From positions 496,001 through 560,000 of the forward strand of contig JBLDXI010000074.1 of NCBI GenBank assembly GCA_047495785.1: a DNA stretch of 64,000 nt, read 5' to 3'. Positions 38,677-52,780 of the stretch are shown piece by piece (within the stretch, counting starts at the first letter, position 1; each line of letters starts with the position of its first letter). Both the position numbers and the translations under genes were made by a program. The DNA is from Lepidodermella squamata. Taxonomy: Eukaryota > Animalia > Gastrotricha. A model generated the notes under the pieces. It did not search any database. It saw nothing but the letters and a program-made list of their open reading frames with translations, and was not told the origin of the DNA.

Positions 38677-41245
38677 TCAATCTTCGGTTTCAGCCAGAAC
38701 AGCGTTGGCCGCCGCAGCTTGCTGCTGCTTGCCGTTGGCCTGGCCAGCTTTGCCACGGCCGCCTCGAGTCGCGCGGCTCGATGCAGTCGAAGCGGTCTCG
38801 TCCGAGGCGACGGACTCAGCGGTCTTCTTTGCGCCTCGGCCGCCACGCTTGCTCGACGTCTCGCTTTCGGCCTCGTTCGACTCGGCAATCGACTCGGTCT
38901 CGGCCAGCTTCTTCGCCTTCGATTTCGGCTCTTCCTCGCCGATTTGCTCCGTCGTCGCGGTTTCGGACTCGGTGTCTTGCTTCGCCGCAGCTTTACGGCC
39001 CTTCTTAGCGGCGCCATTCGTCTTCGTAGCGGGTTCTTCGGTTGCAGTAGGTTCAGGAGACTTGGTCTTGACCTTCTTCTTCGACGGTTCGTCCTCGGCC
39101 ATCGCGTCGTCGTTGTCGATTTCGGGAAGAGCGTCGTCGGTGATGGGCTCTTCGGGCGCTTCGTCTTCCTTTGCAGAGTTCTTCTTGCCTCGACTGCTGT
39201 GAAATTGAATTAAAACAATTATCGACAATCGATATTTAAATACAACAGCCTTTTCGCAAAATTTAGTGAATATCAAAGCCAATTTTTCATCGTATTTTCC
39301 AATTATTTTTCTCATAATTAGCCCAATTGAAACCCCGAATTACCTCATAATTTCGCGCCAATTTAAATGAAAAACTGCAATTTACATGAAAATTACGAAT
39401 TCATTTTTTCGAGCATTTTGGTCATTTTTTCAATGTAAATGTTTAGTTTTGGACGAAAGAGTTGAAAATTGAGAACGAAACCTTACTTGGCACGCTTGTT
39501 CTTTGCAGCTTCCTCCGTAACAGCGGGCGATTTGTGATCGACAGCAGGCGCCTCATCAGCCACCGGCGTCGGAACACGCTCCTGCTGCTCTTCTTCCTTC
39601 TCGTCGTGATCGCCCTCACCCTCTTCCTCAGCCTCGTCCGTCTTCTTCTTCGCACTGCGCTTCGACTCAGCCACCGGCTTTTCGGCCTCGACAGGCGTAG
39701 CCGGCCGTTCAGCAGTCTCCACGGTCTCAGCAGCCTTCTTGCCACGACCACCCTTCTTCTTACCAGCCGCCGCCGGTTCTTCCTCCTTTTTCGCTACTTC
39801 CTCCTCAGCAGGCTCTTCGGCAGCATCATCCGAGGTCGAGGAGGCCTTCTTACCGCCCTTTTTACCAGCAGCTTTCTTCGTAGTTTTCTCCTCCTCCTTT
39901 TCAGCATCGCTTTCAGGCTTAGCGAGCGGGGCTTCTTCCTCCGGCTCAGCTGCCGCCGCCTTCGCACCACGACCCCGGCCGCCCTTCTTCGCGGCAGCTG
40001 CTTTCGGCTCTTCCTCGACCGGCTCAGGAGCAGCGGCGGCCTTCTTACCGCGACCACCGCGGCCGCCCTTCGGCTTCTCGTCCTGCTCGTCCTCGTCGAT
40101 GAAGGCGAGCTCGTCCTTAGCCTTGCCAGCCGCTTTCTTGCCGCCCTTCTTCGCCGGTTCGACTTCCTCAGCACTCAGCACATCGTCGGCATCTTCATCC
40201 TTCGCAGCGGCTTTGGCGTTCTTTTTGCCTAAAAAAGAGGAAAACAAATTTCAAACAATTTCAAAAAAGAAAAAATTTCAAAACTTGTAGTAAACCTTCA
40301 AGCTATCGATGAAAAAAATGCTTACCTCGTCCCTTAGCAGCTGGCGCCTTGGCCTTGGGCGCCGGTTCCTCTTCTTCGTCTTCCTCCACTTCCTCTTCAT
40401 CGTCGTCCTCAGGCTCCGGCTCAGGAGCAGCTTTCTTCGCCGCAGGTTTCCGGCCACCCTTCTTCGGCGACTTCAACGGCTTCTCCTCATCGTCTTCCTC
40501 CTCGTCATCATCAGCCTTCTTCGCCGCACCCTTCTTACCACCGCGTCCCTTCGCCGCAGCCTTCGACTTCGGAGCCGGCTCCTCTTCCTCGTCCTCCTCG
40601 GATTCAAAATCAGGAACAACCGGTTTCGTCGCAGCTCGCCGGCCGCCACGCTTCGGCGCCTCAGCAACAGGCGTCTCCTCTTCCTTCGCCTTGGCATTCT
40701 TCGCAGCCCCGCGCTTCGGCTTGGCCGCCTCTTCCGCCTTCGTCTCAGTCTTCGTCTCAGCTTTCGCCTCGGAATTCGAGCCTTCATCGCCCTTCTGGCC
40801 GAGCATCATCGTCAGCCGTTGCTGGTCCTCCGTTTCCATGTCTTCGTAGCCGGTCAGGCTGGAGACGGCCATGTCAGCGGTGAAGCCGAGCTGGGCGCGG
40901 CGCGACTGGAAGCAGTGAACGTGGTGCCACAGTTGGCCCTCGGTCGCGTCGTTCTTGCCCACACGCATGTCGCCCTTGCCGAATTTCTCACCACAGCAAA
41001 TGCAGTTGGAACGGGCCGACTTGGCATATTCAACCTAGGCAAAAGAAATCGCAATTTTTCAAAAATCCCAGTAATGAAAAAATGCATCTAAAAATCGTGG
41101 GGAATTTCGATGGATCGATCAATCCAATCCTCAATATTTTCTGAAATTTATGACAAAATTTCAAAATTCTACAATAACTAAGACACCTCGATGTTAATCT
41201 CGTTTCAGAGCTTAGACTTACCATGAAAGTGTTCTTCTTGACCAT
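38677..41245 (-). CDS. PARP-type zinc finger protein with long K/E/A-rich disordered tail, no catalytic domain (~664 aa)
   Basis: Exons 41245-41222, 41034-40326, 40228-39487, 39196(or 39193)-38677. N-terminus MVKKNTFMVEYAKSARSNCICCGEKFGKGDMRVG..WHHVHCF matches zf-PARP (VEYAKS.R..C..C...I....R.G....W.H..CF). Confidence 0.88.
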
Positions 41246-42052
41246 TTTGTACGAGTTAGTAAAACAAAGGTAGAAAAAGTAAAAACAAGATCTAAAAATG
41301 TCTGCACACAACGATAGGAAAAAATTAATGATTTTACAGAAATAATTAAGGAGGACTTTATACTAAAAATATTAGAAATATTATTAGCTAAATCGAGACA
41401 TGACCTGGAACCACTTTTTGCTGGAAAATTGCCTGGCGTTTAAAAAATAAGTACAATTAAGAAGAGAAAATGTTTAAATGACCGGCCGTGAGACTTGAGT
41501 GTTGATGATCAACTTTTGATGAGCACGCGACCTAATATTTCGCGCGCACGTTGCACCAGTTTGCAATTGGCGCCCTGGCACCGTAAACTGACACGTGTTT
41601 CACGGCGCCATTTTTTTAAATTCGCGAAGCAGCTTGGTCTCTTCAATATCCGGGAAAACCGCAATTAAACTTCAGTTTCTTCAATTCTTCAACTTGGGAC
41701 TTCTTCAATTTTCTCCATTTTCTCTTCATTTCATCAGGAACCTTTTCAGTTTAAACACCCTAGAAAATTCTTCGAAAAGTCGTTTTCTCAACATGTTTAT
41801 AACCAGCCAGTTTTATTATAGCAATAAACAGACAACAATACCAACATTGGTACAATGCACGTTTTGCAGCGCGTCCTTTCCAACACATCCGATGACGATC
41901 TTAATCATTAGAATTTTTCTCCTGATTCTGCAGCTCTCACATTACTACTACCACTAGATAGGACTAACGAACGAGGTGTCAATTGTCATGATAATTTGTT
42001 ATCCAATATTTAATTATTTTTTAATAAACGTAGCGCTGAAATTGAGACAGAG

Positions 42053-42079
42053 ATGAAGAGAGAGAGAGAGAGAGAGAGA
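42053..42079. repeat. (AG)n microsatellite
   Basis: Run of AG dinucleotides. Confidence 0.85.
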
Positions 42080-43528
42080 ACATACAAGCCTTGATAATTT
42101 GGAAATAAAACACGTCTTTTCATCGACTGTTTCAAAGTTCCGCGTTGAAAATTGCCCAGTAATAGGAGGAATATTTCATAAATATTCGTCATTGATTACA
42201 TCAATATTATTATTTATTTTAATCATAGCCACGTAAAAGAGTCAGAGAGAGAGAAGAGATGCAGAGCGAGATAGCGAACGCAGAAACGAGCACAAAATAT
42301 GAATCATTTCGCAGGCTGTCCATTTTTTTCGCAAAGGTAAAAACAATGCACAGATTACGAAATTAATATATAATAACGATTAAATAATATAATAATGATA
42401 ATAAAAATTAGTCTTTTTTCTCGTCTATTATTGTTGTTGATATTATACGTTTATTCTACAACTAGATACAATGACTCGCTCACAAAAAATGACAAAATTA
42501 GGTAGTATGTTTATTCATACTCAATATTCGCAATCTTTATATGCTTTCCACAAATATAAAAACGCACGGTATACTCACTCTTTGATTAAAACATGGAAAA
42601 AATTGAATGATTTTTTTATATTAATAATTAAAACGCGACTTTTTTACAGGAACAACAATTCGCCTCACATTCAAACAAACTGGAATCACGTTCATTTCAC
42701 AACATCAACTTCGGCTTCATAAAAAATGGACATGTTAAAACGGAAGTATTTATTAAAATTATTGAATAATATTTACAGTTAGAAAGTGTTTAAACCACTC
42801 GAATTTTCTCGAAAAAAATCATATATAAGAAAGATTTCTCGTGTTGATTTCATCATCATCTGAATTATTTTCCGTTTCCAAGGTCGAGGCAAATAATATA
42901 AGACAACTTGATGGAAAATTGGAGAAGACACAGTGTGTATAAAGAGCTTGTAGAAGTCTGGAGCGGAGGTGCAATAAGGCACCTATATTCGATAAATATT
43001 AACAATCAATCAATTAAAATTAAAACAATAGCAATAAATTATAGAATTTGTTTACCACCAGACAGCGTGAAGAACAACACCATGTCAAAAAACGTGCCGA
43101 CACAACACAGCGAGAGATGATAATGAGCTAATTATTCAATGATGAATTTTCGCAAGACTGATTTTTTTACAAGTGCAAGATCGAAAAACAGCGCCAATTT
43201 CGAAAGTGGAATAATTAAATGACTACATAATAGCGAAGTTATATTAAAATCATGATAATGTATAATATATTTGACGATCACGAGAAAAAAGGCAACCAAT
43301 CAATGATTCCTCGTATTCAGTCCAGGATTAGAAGACAAAATTGTTCGCGAATAGTAATAAATGACAAGATTGATTAAAAACAAGGTAGAATGTGTACATT
43401 TTTTCATTACTTACAATGCGACTACTCACTTTGTTTATGAGATGATGAAAATCGAATAAAAAATCGGAAGAAAATTGGTTTATTTTCGCTATAAATTATT
43501 GTTATCAAGTAGATTAATAATAATTCAC

Positions 43529-46500
43529 TCATTTTTGGAGATGCACCGTCGTTCGATGGACGTCCAACTCCTGAGGCATAGCAAAGGCCTCCTTGCAATC
43601 GGGGCAAACAAACGGTTTCTCCCCGGTGTGAGCCAGTCGGTGCAGGAGAAGATCGAAAGGGGCCGAAAACGACGCGCTACAGTCCGGACACGCGTAGTTT
43701 TGCTGCTGGCCGGAAGACGTCGATTGCAACAACTGCTGCTCATCCTCCTTAACCGAATCATCAGCCGAAACCGGCCGTTCGATCACAGCCGCGGTTTGAG
43801 GCACCAGTGAAACCGCCTGGTTTCGCCGCTGATACACGCCGTGAACCGTCCGCATGTGCTCTTTCAACGTCCTGGCGCTTGTATAGGTCCGACGGCACAA
43901 CTCGCAGGTCGCGCCGCCCTCAGCCGCGTCATTTTGCTGCTCGGAATTCGGCGTTTCATCGTCTTTATTCCAGCAACAGTGGCGCGTGAAATGCCATGGT
44001 AGGAACGACTTGTTACATTTCGGGCACTCCTTCTTCGGGCAAGTTCCGTGGGCTGAAAAACGGTGCAGCCGCAGTGCTGAGCTGGATTTGAAAGATTTAT
44101 TGCAAATCGTGCACTGTTCCGTGCCGCCAGTTTGGTCCTGGCCGTTGTCCTCCGCCGCGTCCTCAACCACAGCCGGCGCAGACGTGTCCATCATAACAGC
44201 CAGCGGGTCTTCGAATGACATTTCCGCGTCATCGTCGTCGCCGTTTTCGGCCTTTGGTTGGTGTTTGAAAGCGAGAAAATCGTCGTAGAAACCTTCTGGT
44301 TCAGGGAAGACCATCATTGAGCGAGACCCGGAATGGGCCGGCGGTGGTTCTTGAAGCAGCACCGGTACGACTTCAGGCTCAGGCATCACGACCGACGCCG
44401 GGTAGACGGGTTGAGCTTCGACTTTCAAGGCAATACCCTCTTGATCTTGTTGGCCGTCTTGGTCTGACCCGGTTTCGTACATGTCGTCCGATTTCTCAGC
44501 GCCATTCGCGCCTTTCCGCTGATAAAGCCCGTGAGCGATGCGGCGGTGGTCATTCAATGTCCGCCTACAAAGAAAAAATGAAAATAAAACAATTAAAAAC
44601 TGCGGACTAGAAATTAATCAATTTTTTTGTAATTTTAAAATTTGACAATTACTCTGCTTTATAGACTAAGAGCTTTCGAGGCAGGAGCGATGCGGCAACA
44701 TTGGCTCGAAGACATTTTCATTAAAAATGAGGCTTCAGAAAGCCAAAAATTCGCGGAATTCTACGATTTTTTCGTCATTTTCCAATCGGATAAAAATTAT
44801 TGAAACCAATGTCAAACACCTTAAACCCTATAATGTATATGAAGTCTAAAAATTCGGATTTTGCTTATAGAAAAGTCCAATGTGTGGGGATTCAAATTCA
44901 TTAAAAGGCTTATTTATGCTCAACTTAATCAGTTAAAATTAACTTTGAATTTTAACAAAAACATTTTTACAAAATTTTCCAAAACAACCTAGGATATCAA
45001 ATTTTGAGATTTTTTAGTCAAACAAACCTGCAAAGATATCGCCGATCGCAAAGTTCGCATTTCCAATCGAAACCAGCGCCAGAATCATCCACAACCGGTT
45101 GCTGCTGCAAAACCGGCTGTGCAGCAACAGCCAAGGGCGAAGCTGCTACCGCTGCTGCCACCGCCGCAGTGTTCGACTCAACCGCACTAGAAGTCGGATC
45201 GCAGGCATGTCGCGAGAAGTGACACGGCAAAATCGCCTTGTTACACTTCGGGCAAATGCGTTTCGGGCAGGCGCCATGCGTCGAATACCGATGCTTCCTG
45301 ACATCGGTCAAATTCGAAAACGGCATGTGGCAAATGCCGCATTTGTACCCATTCGTCGGCGTATTGCCGTTCGTATTCGCCACCTCAACGTCGTCTTCAT
45401 CCGTCATTTCTGGAAGCATAGCGCCGCCGTCGCCATTTTGCGGTTGCTGTTGTGGCTCAGTTTTCAAATTCGCAATAATTTCCTCAGCAGCCGAGTCGAA
45501 GATGCCGTGCTCCAGTTCGAGATGCGTCTTCAGCAACGCGTCATTCGCGAAGGCCATCGGGCAAAACTCGCATTTTATCTCGATTTCAGCCGCCGGTTTT
45601 TGCGGCTGTGGCACTGCGGCCTGCTTCTTCGCCGGCTGTTCGCCGTTCTCAGTACTCCAGCAGCAGTGGCGGGGGAAATGGCACGGTAGGAACGACTTGT
45701 TACACCTCGTACACAACTGCCGTTGTCGGCTGACGTGTGTCACGTAGCGATGCAGCCGCAACGCCGAGCTGTTTTTGAAGGTTTTGTGGCAAATATCGCA
45801 CTCAGTTTCATTCGGCGCGACGGCTAGCGAGGTTGAACTCGCCTCAGGCGGCGATGAAGCAGCGCCATTTGCCAGCAGTTGCTGCAATTCCGAGTTATTC
45901 GCCGCCTGCATTTCTTCATCCTGGTCGAGGTTGTTCGGCGATAGCGATGAGCCGCGCTTCTCACTCGTTTCATCGCCGGTTTTTCGGGTCTGGTACACGC
46001 CATGGCCGATTCTGAGGTGGTCTTTCAACGTCCGGCTGCTTTGGTAGCGCCGGTCGCACAGATGGCACTTCCATTCCAGCGAATTAGTCGAGGCGGTCTG
46101 GGCAGGTTGAGCCTGGGTCTGGGCCGGGGTGGCCGCGACCCCCGTGCAAGAATGGCGAGCGAAATGGCACGGTAGGAAGGTTCGCTTGCAATTCGGGCAC
46201 GTCTTCTTCGGGCAGGCGCCATGCCCAGACAGGCGGTGAAGTCGCGCGGCTGAGCTTGATTTGAACACTTTCGAGCAGATATCGCACTCGTACATAGGCG
46301 AAGACGGGTCGCCGATGACAGTGATGCCCGGGTTCGGTTTTGGCTCGGAACCGCCCGGCGTTGAGGGCGGGGCGGTTTTAGCCGGCGATGGGGTCGGCAC
46401 CTGGGGTGACGGGCTAGGTGACGGGGTCTCCCCACCCCCAGCCGCTGAGGACGGTCGTTTCGTCTGGTAGATGCCATGCGCGATCCTCAAATGGTCTTTC

Positions 46501-49500
46501 AACGTCCTGTGACTCAAATATTGCCGGTCACACTGCTCGCATTTCCACGACTGATCACCGCCCTCGGCTGTCTCAACAGGTTCTTCCTTCGAATTTGCTA
46601 GAGCCGCCTGCTCCTTCGCAGCATTTTGCTGGCAAAAATGGCGCGAGTAGTGCCAGGGCAGGTACCACTTGTTGCACGTAGTACAGTGCCGTTTCGGACA
46701 GGCCCCGTGGGCAGAAAACAGGTGTAGCCTCGCGGCGCCGTGGCTTTGAAACACCTTGTGGCAAACGCCGCATTCATTGCCGTTCAAATTCAACGGCATT
46801 TTACCACCGGGTCGTTTTTCCGGGACAACAACAGCCGGCTTGTCATGATCAGCCTCATCCTCCTCGTTATTCGCCGCGGTCGACGAGCCGAAATCGGACG
46901 ATTTTTGATTGCGTTGATACACGCCGTGAATGACTCGCATGTGGCACTTCAACGTGTGGTCGTTCGCATACCGCCGCTGGCACAAATTGCATTGCGGCAG
47001 GTTAGGATCGTCGGATAGCACTTGACTAATCGCGCCGCCGTTTTGGTCCTCGGAAACAGGCGAATTGTGACTCGAATTGTCCTTCGGAATAACACTGCTC
47101 GCGGTTCCGTTCCAGCAAACGTGGCGTTTAACATGCCAAGGCAGCAGGAATTTTTTACATTTCGGGCACATTTTCTTCGGGCACGCGCCGTGTGTTGAAT
47201 AGCGGTGTTTCCGCAACGCGGCAATGTCTCGGAATAATTTGTAACAAATGCCGCATTTGTAACTTTTAACACCAGGCGGAATTTTGCTGCTCAAATTCAA
47301 CACTAAATTGTTGTCCGGGTCTTCTGAGCTGTCGACTTTCATGCGCTTCGGCGGGCATGACAGGTCTAAAACGCCGCCGCTCGACGAATTCGACGACGTT
47401 TCATTGACGACATCTGACGATTGAGGCGGCGGTGGCATTGAAACAGACGGCAGGAAGGCTTGTAAATTTCGCCGTTGATACACGCCGTGCACGACTCGGA
47501 GGTGATCTTTCAAAGTCCGCCTTAACAAAGAAGAAAATTCCAATTTAGGTTTCATAAAATTCATCAATAAATAACATTTTCGCTAGATGAAAAAAAATAA
47601 ATAAAAAAATGATTGAAAAATAACTGCCGCGTTAAAAAGCTAGAATTCGCCACACTAAGCGCATGTTATTCCGTGGAAAAGTTTGGCGCACCTGCAACTG
47701 TTTCAATAAAAACTAGGGTAGATAGGGATGGATGGGCGGCAGTTTATTTGCTTAGACGCCACTTCCTGCGGCGTTAAAATTTCACGTTTAACGTCAAGCC
47801 CGTCTGAATATTCAGCAAACACGAGTCGAGTCTAGTCGTCAAAATTGTCTTATGAATACTTGTGCTAAACACCAGTAGATTATACATCCGAGTGTGTAAG
47901 AAAACTTAAGTAAATAAACTGGCTGCAATAAACGTTGGATTATGGGCAATGTTTTCTTGCTTCCAATGCATGCGCTTGGGCAAAAAGTCCCACACTTCAC
48001 GTCATTTCCCAAAATTAAATAGAGACAACAGAAAATATTAATTTTTATATAATTATAGGCTAAACGAGCTAATTTTAATGAGTAAAATTGTGCTCGATGA
48101 CGATGGAGTGAAAATAAGGAAATAACGCTAGCAGCAAAAATTCGAGCGGAAAAAATCCCGAAAAATATAGTGAAAAAACGGCAAAACGCAAAGATCCGAT
48201 CACCATTTTTAGCCGATCACTTGAATATTCAAGCAAGCGAAAAAATTCTAAATAAAACTCATCAAAAAATCCTATAAAATAAGTTATAGCTCGAAAACAA
48301 AAATAAATGAAAAAACGTATGAGAATGGCGAGAAAAATTATGGGACAGTGATAATCTACGAACCTGCTCAAATAGCGGCGTTCACACATAGTACAGCGCC
48401 ATTCGACCGGCGGCGGATAGCCACCGATGACTTCATTCGCATCTTCGGCGACTTCGATGGCCTCGTTGAGCGGCGAATCGCTACTGCTGATAGCTGCTGC
48501 TGCTGCGGCCTGGCCGGCACACGCGTGGCGCAGGTAGTGCCACGGCAGGAACGACTTGTTGCATTTCGAACACATGCGCCGCGGGCACGCGCCGTGGGCT
48601 GAGAAGCGGTGCAGGCGGAGGGCCGAGCTGTTTTTGAACGACCGCCTACACGTCACGCATTCGTGAACATCTGTCGATGTTGTAGTAGTAGCAGCAGCAG
48701 CATTCGTCGTAGTTGTTGTAGACGGCTCAATATCTACCACCACTGTAGAAGGGGTGGCTTGTCGATGGCGGAGGAAGGAAACGCCGTTGCATTGATCGCT
48801 GCTGCTGCTGCTGGCCGGTTCTTCGGGCGACGGCGACGTGTTGTTTTTATTACTATTCGTGGCAGCCGCAGTACTGGCGCTATTATTGCCATTAGTCCCC
48901 AGAGCGCCGCTTGTTGATGAGGAAGGACGTGCGCCGGCGATCGAAGAAGACGGCGCGCCATTATCGGAATGCAACTCGCTGCTGCTGCTGCTGATGTCTA
49001 TTGTTTTCTTAGAAATTCGCTGCGGCTGCTGCTGCTGATAAACGCCGTGCACGACCCGCATATGGTCTTTCAACGCATGCTCACCCGCGTACTGCCGATT
49101 GCACATGTCGCATTTTGACGACGACGACGACGCGCTGGGAGAGCGCGGCGGCGACGAAAGATTAGCACACTGGTCGCTACCACCAGCACCAGCACCACGA
49201 CCATTATTATTGAGCTCGTTATCGGCGGCCGCGGCAGCCACCACCAGCAAACAGCTGTGCGCCGAGAACTGCGACGCTAGATAAGACTTTCGACAGCGCG
49301 AGCAGAAGCGCTTCTGCAGGCTGTGGTGCCGCCAGCGGTGCATGCCCAGCGAGCCGCGGTTCTTGAACACCTTGTGGCACACCGGGCACTCGGCGCGCCG
49401 GTGCTGGCCCGACGCCGTCGAGCTGCTCGACAGCAGCGACATCGCCTGGTCGCTGTCTTCCTCGCCATTGCCGTTGTCCAACTCGGCGCTGTACGCGTCG

Positions 49501-51496
49501 CTCCCGCTCGCTAGAAGTTCCTCGAGTTTCTCGCGTTGACTCACCTAAATCACGGAAAAGACATTATTTTTTTATGTTGATATTATTCAGAATAAAATTA
49601 TATTAATAAATTCAAATTTGATAAATATTATCGATTTTTCATACAAATGAGTTTTGTTCTTGAAGGCAGTTTTAGAAGAGTTACTTTACTAAAAATACAA
49701 AATTACCATCAATTATCGAGGGCCAACATAATTTTCAGGCAACATCTATGAAATTCAATGGTATTTACGTTATACCGCCACTGAATCTACTCGAAAGTCG
49801 GATTTTTCAGGGTCGCGAAAGAGAATTGCAGAAGAAGTTTTCGACGGGCGAAAATAAGCATGGCCATTTGAAACGGGTTCTTTTGGACGGTACTAATAAT
49901 TTAACGAGAGCGCAAAAAATGATTCTAACTTTCCCAAAAATCGATGGAAGGCTAGAAACAAGTAACCAGAATGTCTACGCCGCGGCGTCAACGGCTGAAT
50001 AAACGCATCTTTCGCGTCAAAAATGAAAGGATCAACTGACGAAGAAACTTTAGGTGAAATTTTCTACATGAGAAAATAGCTATAGAACAAATAGTCGTAT
50101 AACTACGCTGTTTCAATTGAAAGCAAATGGAACAGTGAAACTCCAACAATTTTTAGCTAGTATGAAATGCATTTTCCAATTCATAATTTAAAATTTAGTT
50201 CATTTAAACCTGAATCACAGGATAATGCGATGCCACTTTGGCCTCATCTCCAGTCATTTAGCCTATGAATTCCTTATATAATTCCTCGTGGAAACAGATC
50301 AATATATGAATCGCAATTGGAGAAAATCCAAAATTTAATAATCCAATTCTAACATATTTGACAAAAAACCGAAATATCGTAAATTGGGTTTGCAATATTT
50401 ACCTGATGAACGCGGACCAAGTGGTCGGTGAGCGATCGCGAATCGGTCAACTCGATTTGACACAGGACGCATTTGAGGAGTTCCGCCTCGACTTCCGGCT
50501 CGAGCTCCTCCTCCTCGGTGGTCGCAAGTATCGGCTCAACTGATTCAACAACAACAGCGACGGGCGTCGGTTTTCGCTTGTTCTTGCCACCAGTCGACGA
50601 TTTGTTCTCCCAGCAGCAGTGCCGCGCGAAATGGCACGGGCGGTACGCTTTCTGGCAGAATTTGCACACCTGGCGCGGTCCGGTGCCGTGCGCCGAGAAG
50701 CGATGCAGCCGAACGGCGGACAGCGAGCCGAACACCTTGCTGCAAGTGTTGCATTTGTAGCCGTCGCCGCCGCCCGTCAACTCGATGTTTGCACTGAGTT
50801 GTGCGCGCGTTTCGCCCACAGTGTCAACACTGCTAGCTACGGCCTGTTTATTAGTCGCCGCGGTACTACTGCTGCTAGAATCGGGTATGTTAACAACGCG
50901 CCGGCCGTGCACGATGTTGATGTGGCGTTTCAAGATCGCCTCCCATTTGAATTGCCTCGGACACAGTTTGCACGCATACATGCGCCGCACATTCGAGTGG
51001 TAGTAGTAGTTGTGAGCCTTCAGCGCGAAAATCCCAGAGAAAGCCTTATGACATAAATCACAATAACATGGTCCTTCCATCATCACAGCAGTCGCGGCGG
51101 GGTCCAGCTGCTCTTGATTCACCGCCAACACCATTTCATCCTCCTCGTCGCCATTCGACGATAACGGCGGGGACACTTCGTCACGAATTCGCGTCTCCAG
51201 ATTGAGCTTTCGAGGTGGCGCTTTACTCCTTCGATTTGAGCGTTGCGGTTTTTCTACTTCGTCGTCATGACTTGAACACACTCGTTCGTGCGACTGAAGC
51301 GCGACAATCGTTGGAAAGGACGTTTCACACGTCTGACATACAAATTGACTAGGTTCGATATCAAATTCGTCTAATAGCATTTTCTTATTGCGTTGGCTGG
51401 AAGTAAATCTCAAGGTAGCAACAGGATCTGATACTATAAAATATAATGGTTAACTTCACATTTGATCAATCCAGATCTAAACATACCATCTGCCAT
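43529..51496 (-). CDS. Multi-zinc-finger protein (~1916 aa, ~32 C2H2/C2HC fingers, nine 3-finger modules)
   Basis: Exons 51496-51487, 51433-50403, 49544-48364, 47520-45028, 44564-43529. Splicing restores split fingers (CERRYLSR^RTLKDHLRVVH; CDRRYLCR^RTLNDHRRIAH). C-terminal TGEKP-linked pair. The 10-nt first exon is least certain. Confidence 0.88.
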
Positions 51497-51664
51497 AGTA
51501 AAAAATTAAACAAGGGTAGGCACAATAGGGTTAAGACACATCGATTTACATCATGTAATAACCAAAAATTAAAAAACCTAAATAAGGAGAAAATACAGCA
51601 AAATTGATCAATTATTCGAGAAAGCGCTGAAATTCGAAAGAGAAAAAATGGAAGAACGAAAAAA

Positions 51665-52780
51665 TCAACAATCCACGCCTTTGCATTGGCAATCATGGAC
51701 ATCAAGTTGCTCGAAAGTATCAAATTGCAAACGGCAAAACGGGCAAGGAAATAGTTTCTTCTCATTATGCTTGTCGTGCAAATGCGTTAAGAAGTCCAAC
51801 GGTCGCAGGAATTGCAGTTTGCAAGACCGGCACATGAACTTGTTCGCCTTCGTGTTGATAACAGGCGGCTCGTCGTCGATAATAGACGGTGATGAGCTCG
51901 CCGAACTAGCTACTGACCCCATGCGCTGAGGGGTTTTAGGAACGATTGGTTCCGCAACAGGTGGAGTTTCGACCTCTGAATCATCCAGCTCAATGACGGA
52001 GCCGGTATCACATTTATGCCGAGCAACTTCAGCTTTTTTAATAGCTTTCATGCAATTGATACAGAAGTGCAGCTCCGGATGCAATGTTTTAAAATGCTTC
52101 ACGATTTCGGTTTTACCGCGACGCACTCGACGGCATATCTCGCAAAAGAATTTCACATCGTTAGCAGATTGATTTGTCTTGGCTGCTGGAGTTCGATTGC
52201 GAGCCTGTGGCGGCTTCGTTGTCGCCACTTCAGCAATAGCAGGAGTAACCGGTTTCTTCGGTTTAACTGTTCCTAAGCAAAGTTCCTCATGAAGACTAAG
52301 CAAATGTGCAGTCATGAAACCAGACGAGCAACCGCTGCAGGTGTATCGATCTGATTTCGCGTTACTCGGGAAAATGGGCTGAATTTTGGTCGGTGATCCA
52401 TATAAGGATGCAAAAAACGAAGACCCAGAAGCCGCATTATGCTGTTTGTGTGACTTCAGATGCATTTTAAGCGTAGAATCGGAAGTGTAAGGAAGGAAGC
52501 AAATGGGACAAACATAAGAAGTCTCCAATCCGCGATCTAAACAAACAGGTGGACGTTAACAGTAGCGCTAAATTTAATTTGGTCTTAAATACTTCGAACA
52601 TAATCAGAATGGACATTGAAAATCGAAGAAGCGTCTTTAGTCAAGTCACCACTGCCTCGACTACCACTTCGCATTGATAAGTAATCTAAAAACCGATTTA
52701 CAGATAGGTTAAATCTCTAAAATTGGCAGAAGACTCTTACCATTTTCTGTAACATCCACGACCCCACTAGAGGTAGACAT
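51665..52780 (-). CDS. C2H2 zinc finger protein (~334 aa, 6 fingers)
   Basis: Main exon 52536-51665 with CPIC..HLKSH, CEIC..HFKTLH, CRSC..HLHDKH etc.; probable 5' exons 52780-52741 and 52685-52593 via 55- and 56-nt introns (less certain). Confidence 0.8.

Noticed and set aside
38677-40800. True homology to tardigrade Dsup or histone H1
   Set aside because: Similarity is only compositional in low-complexity sequence.
38556-41091. Long Arg/Leu/Phe/Ser-rich overlapping ORFs
   Set aside because: Alternative-frame or antisense shadows of the low-complexity zf-PARP gene.
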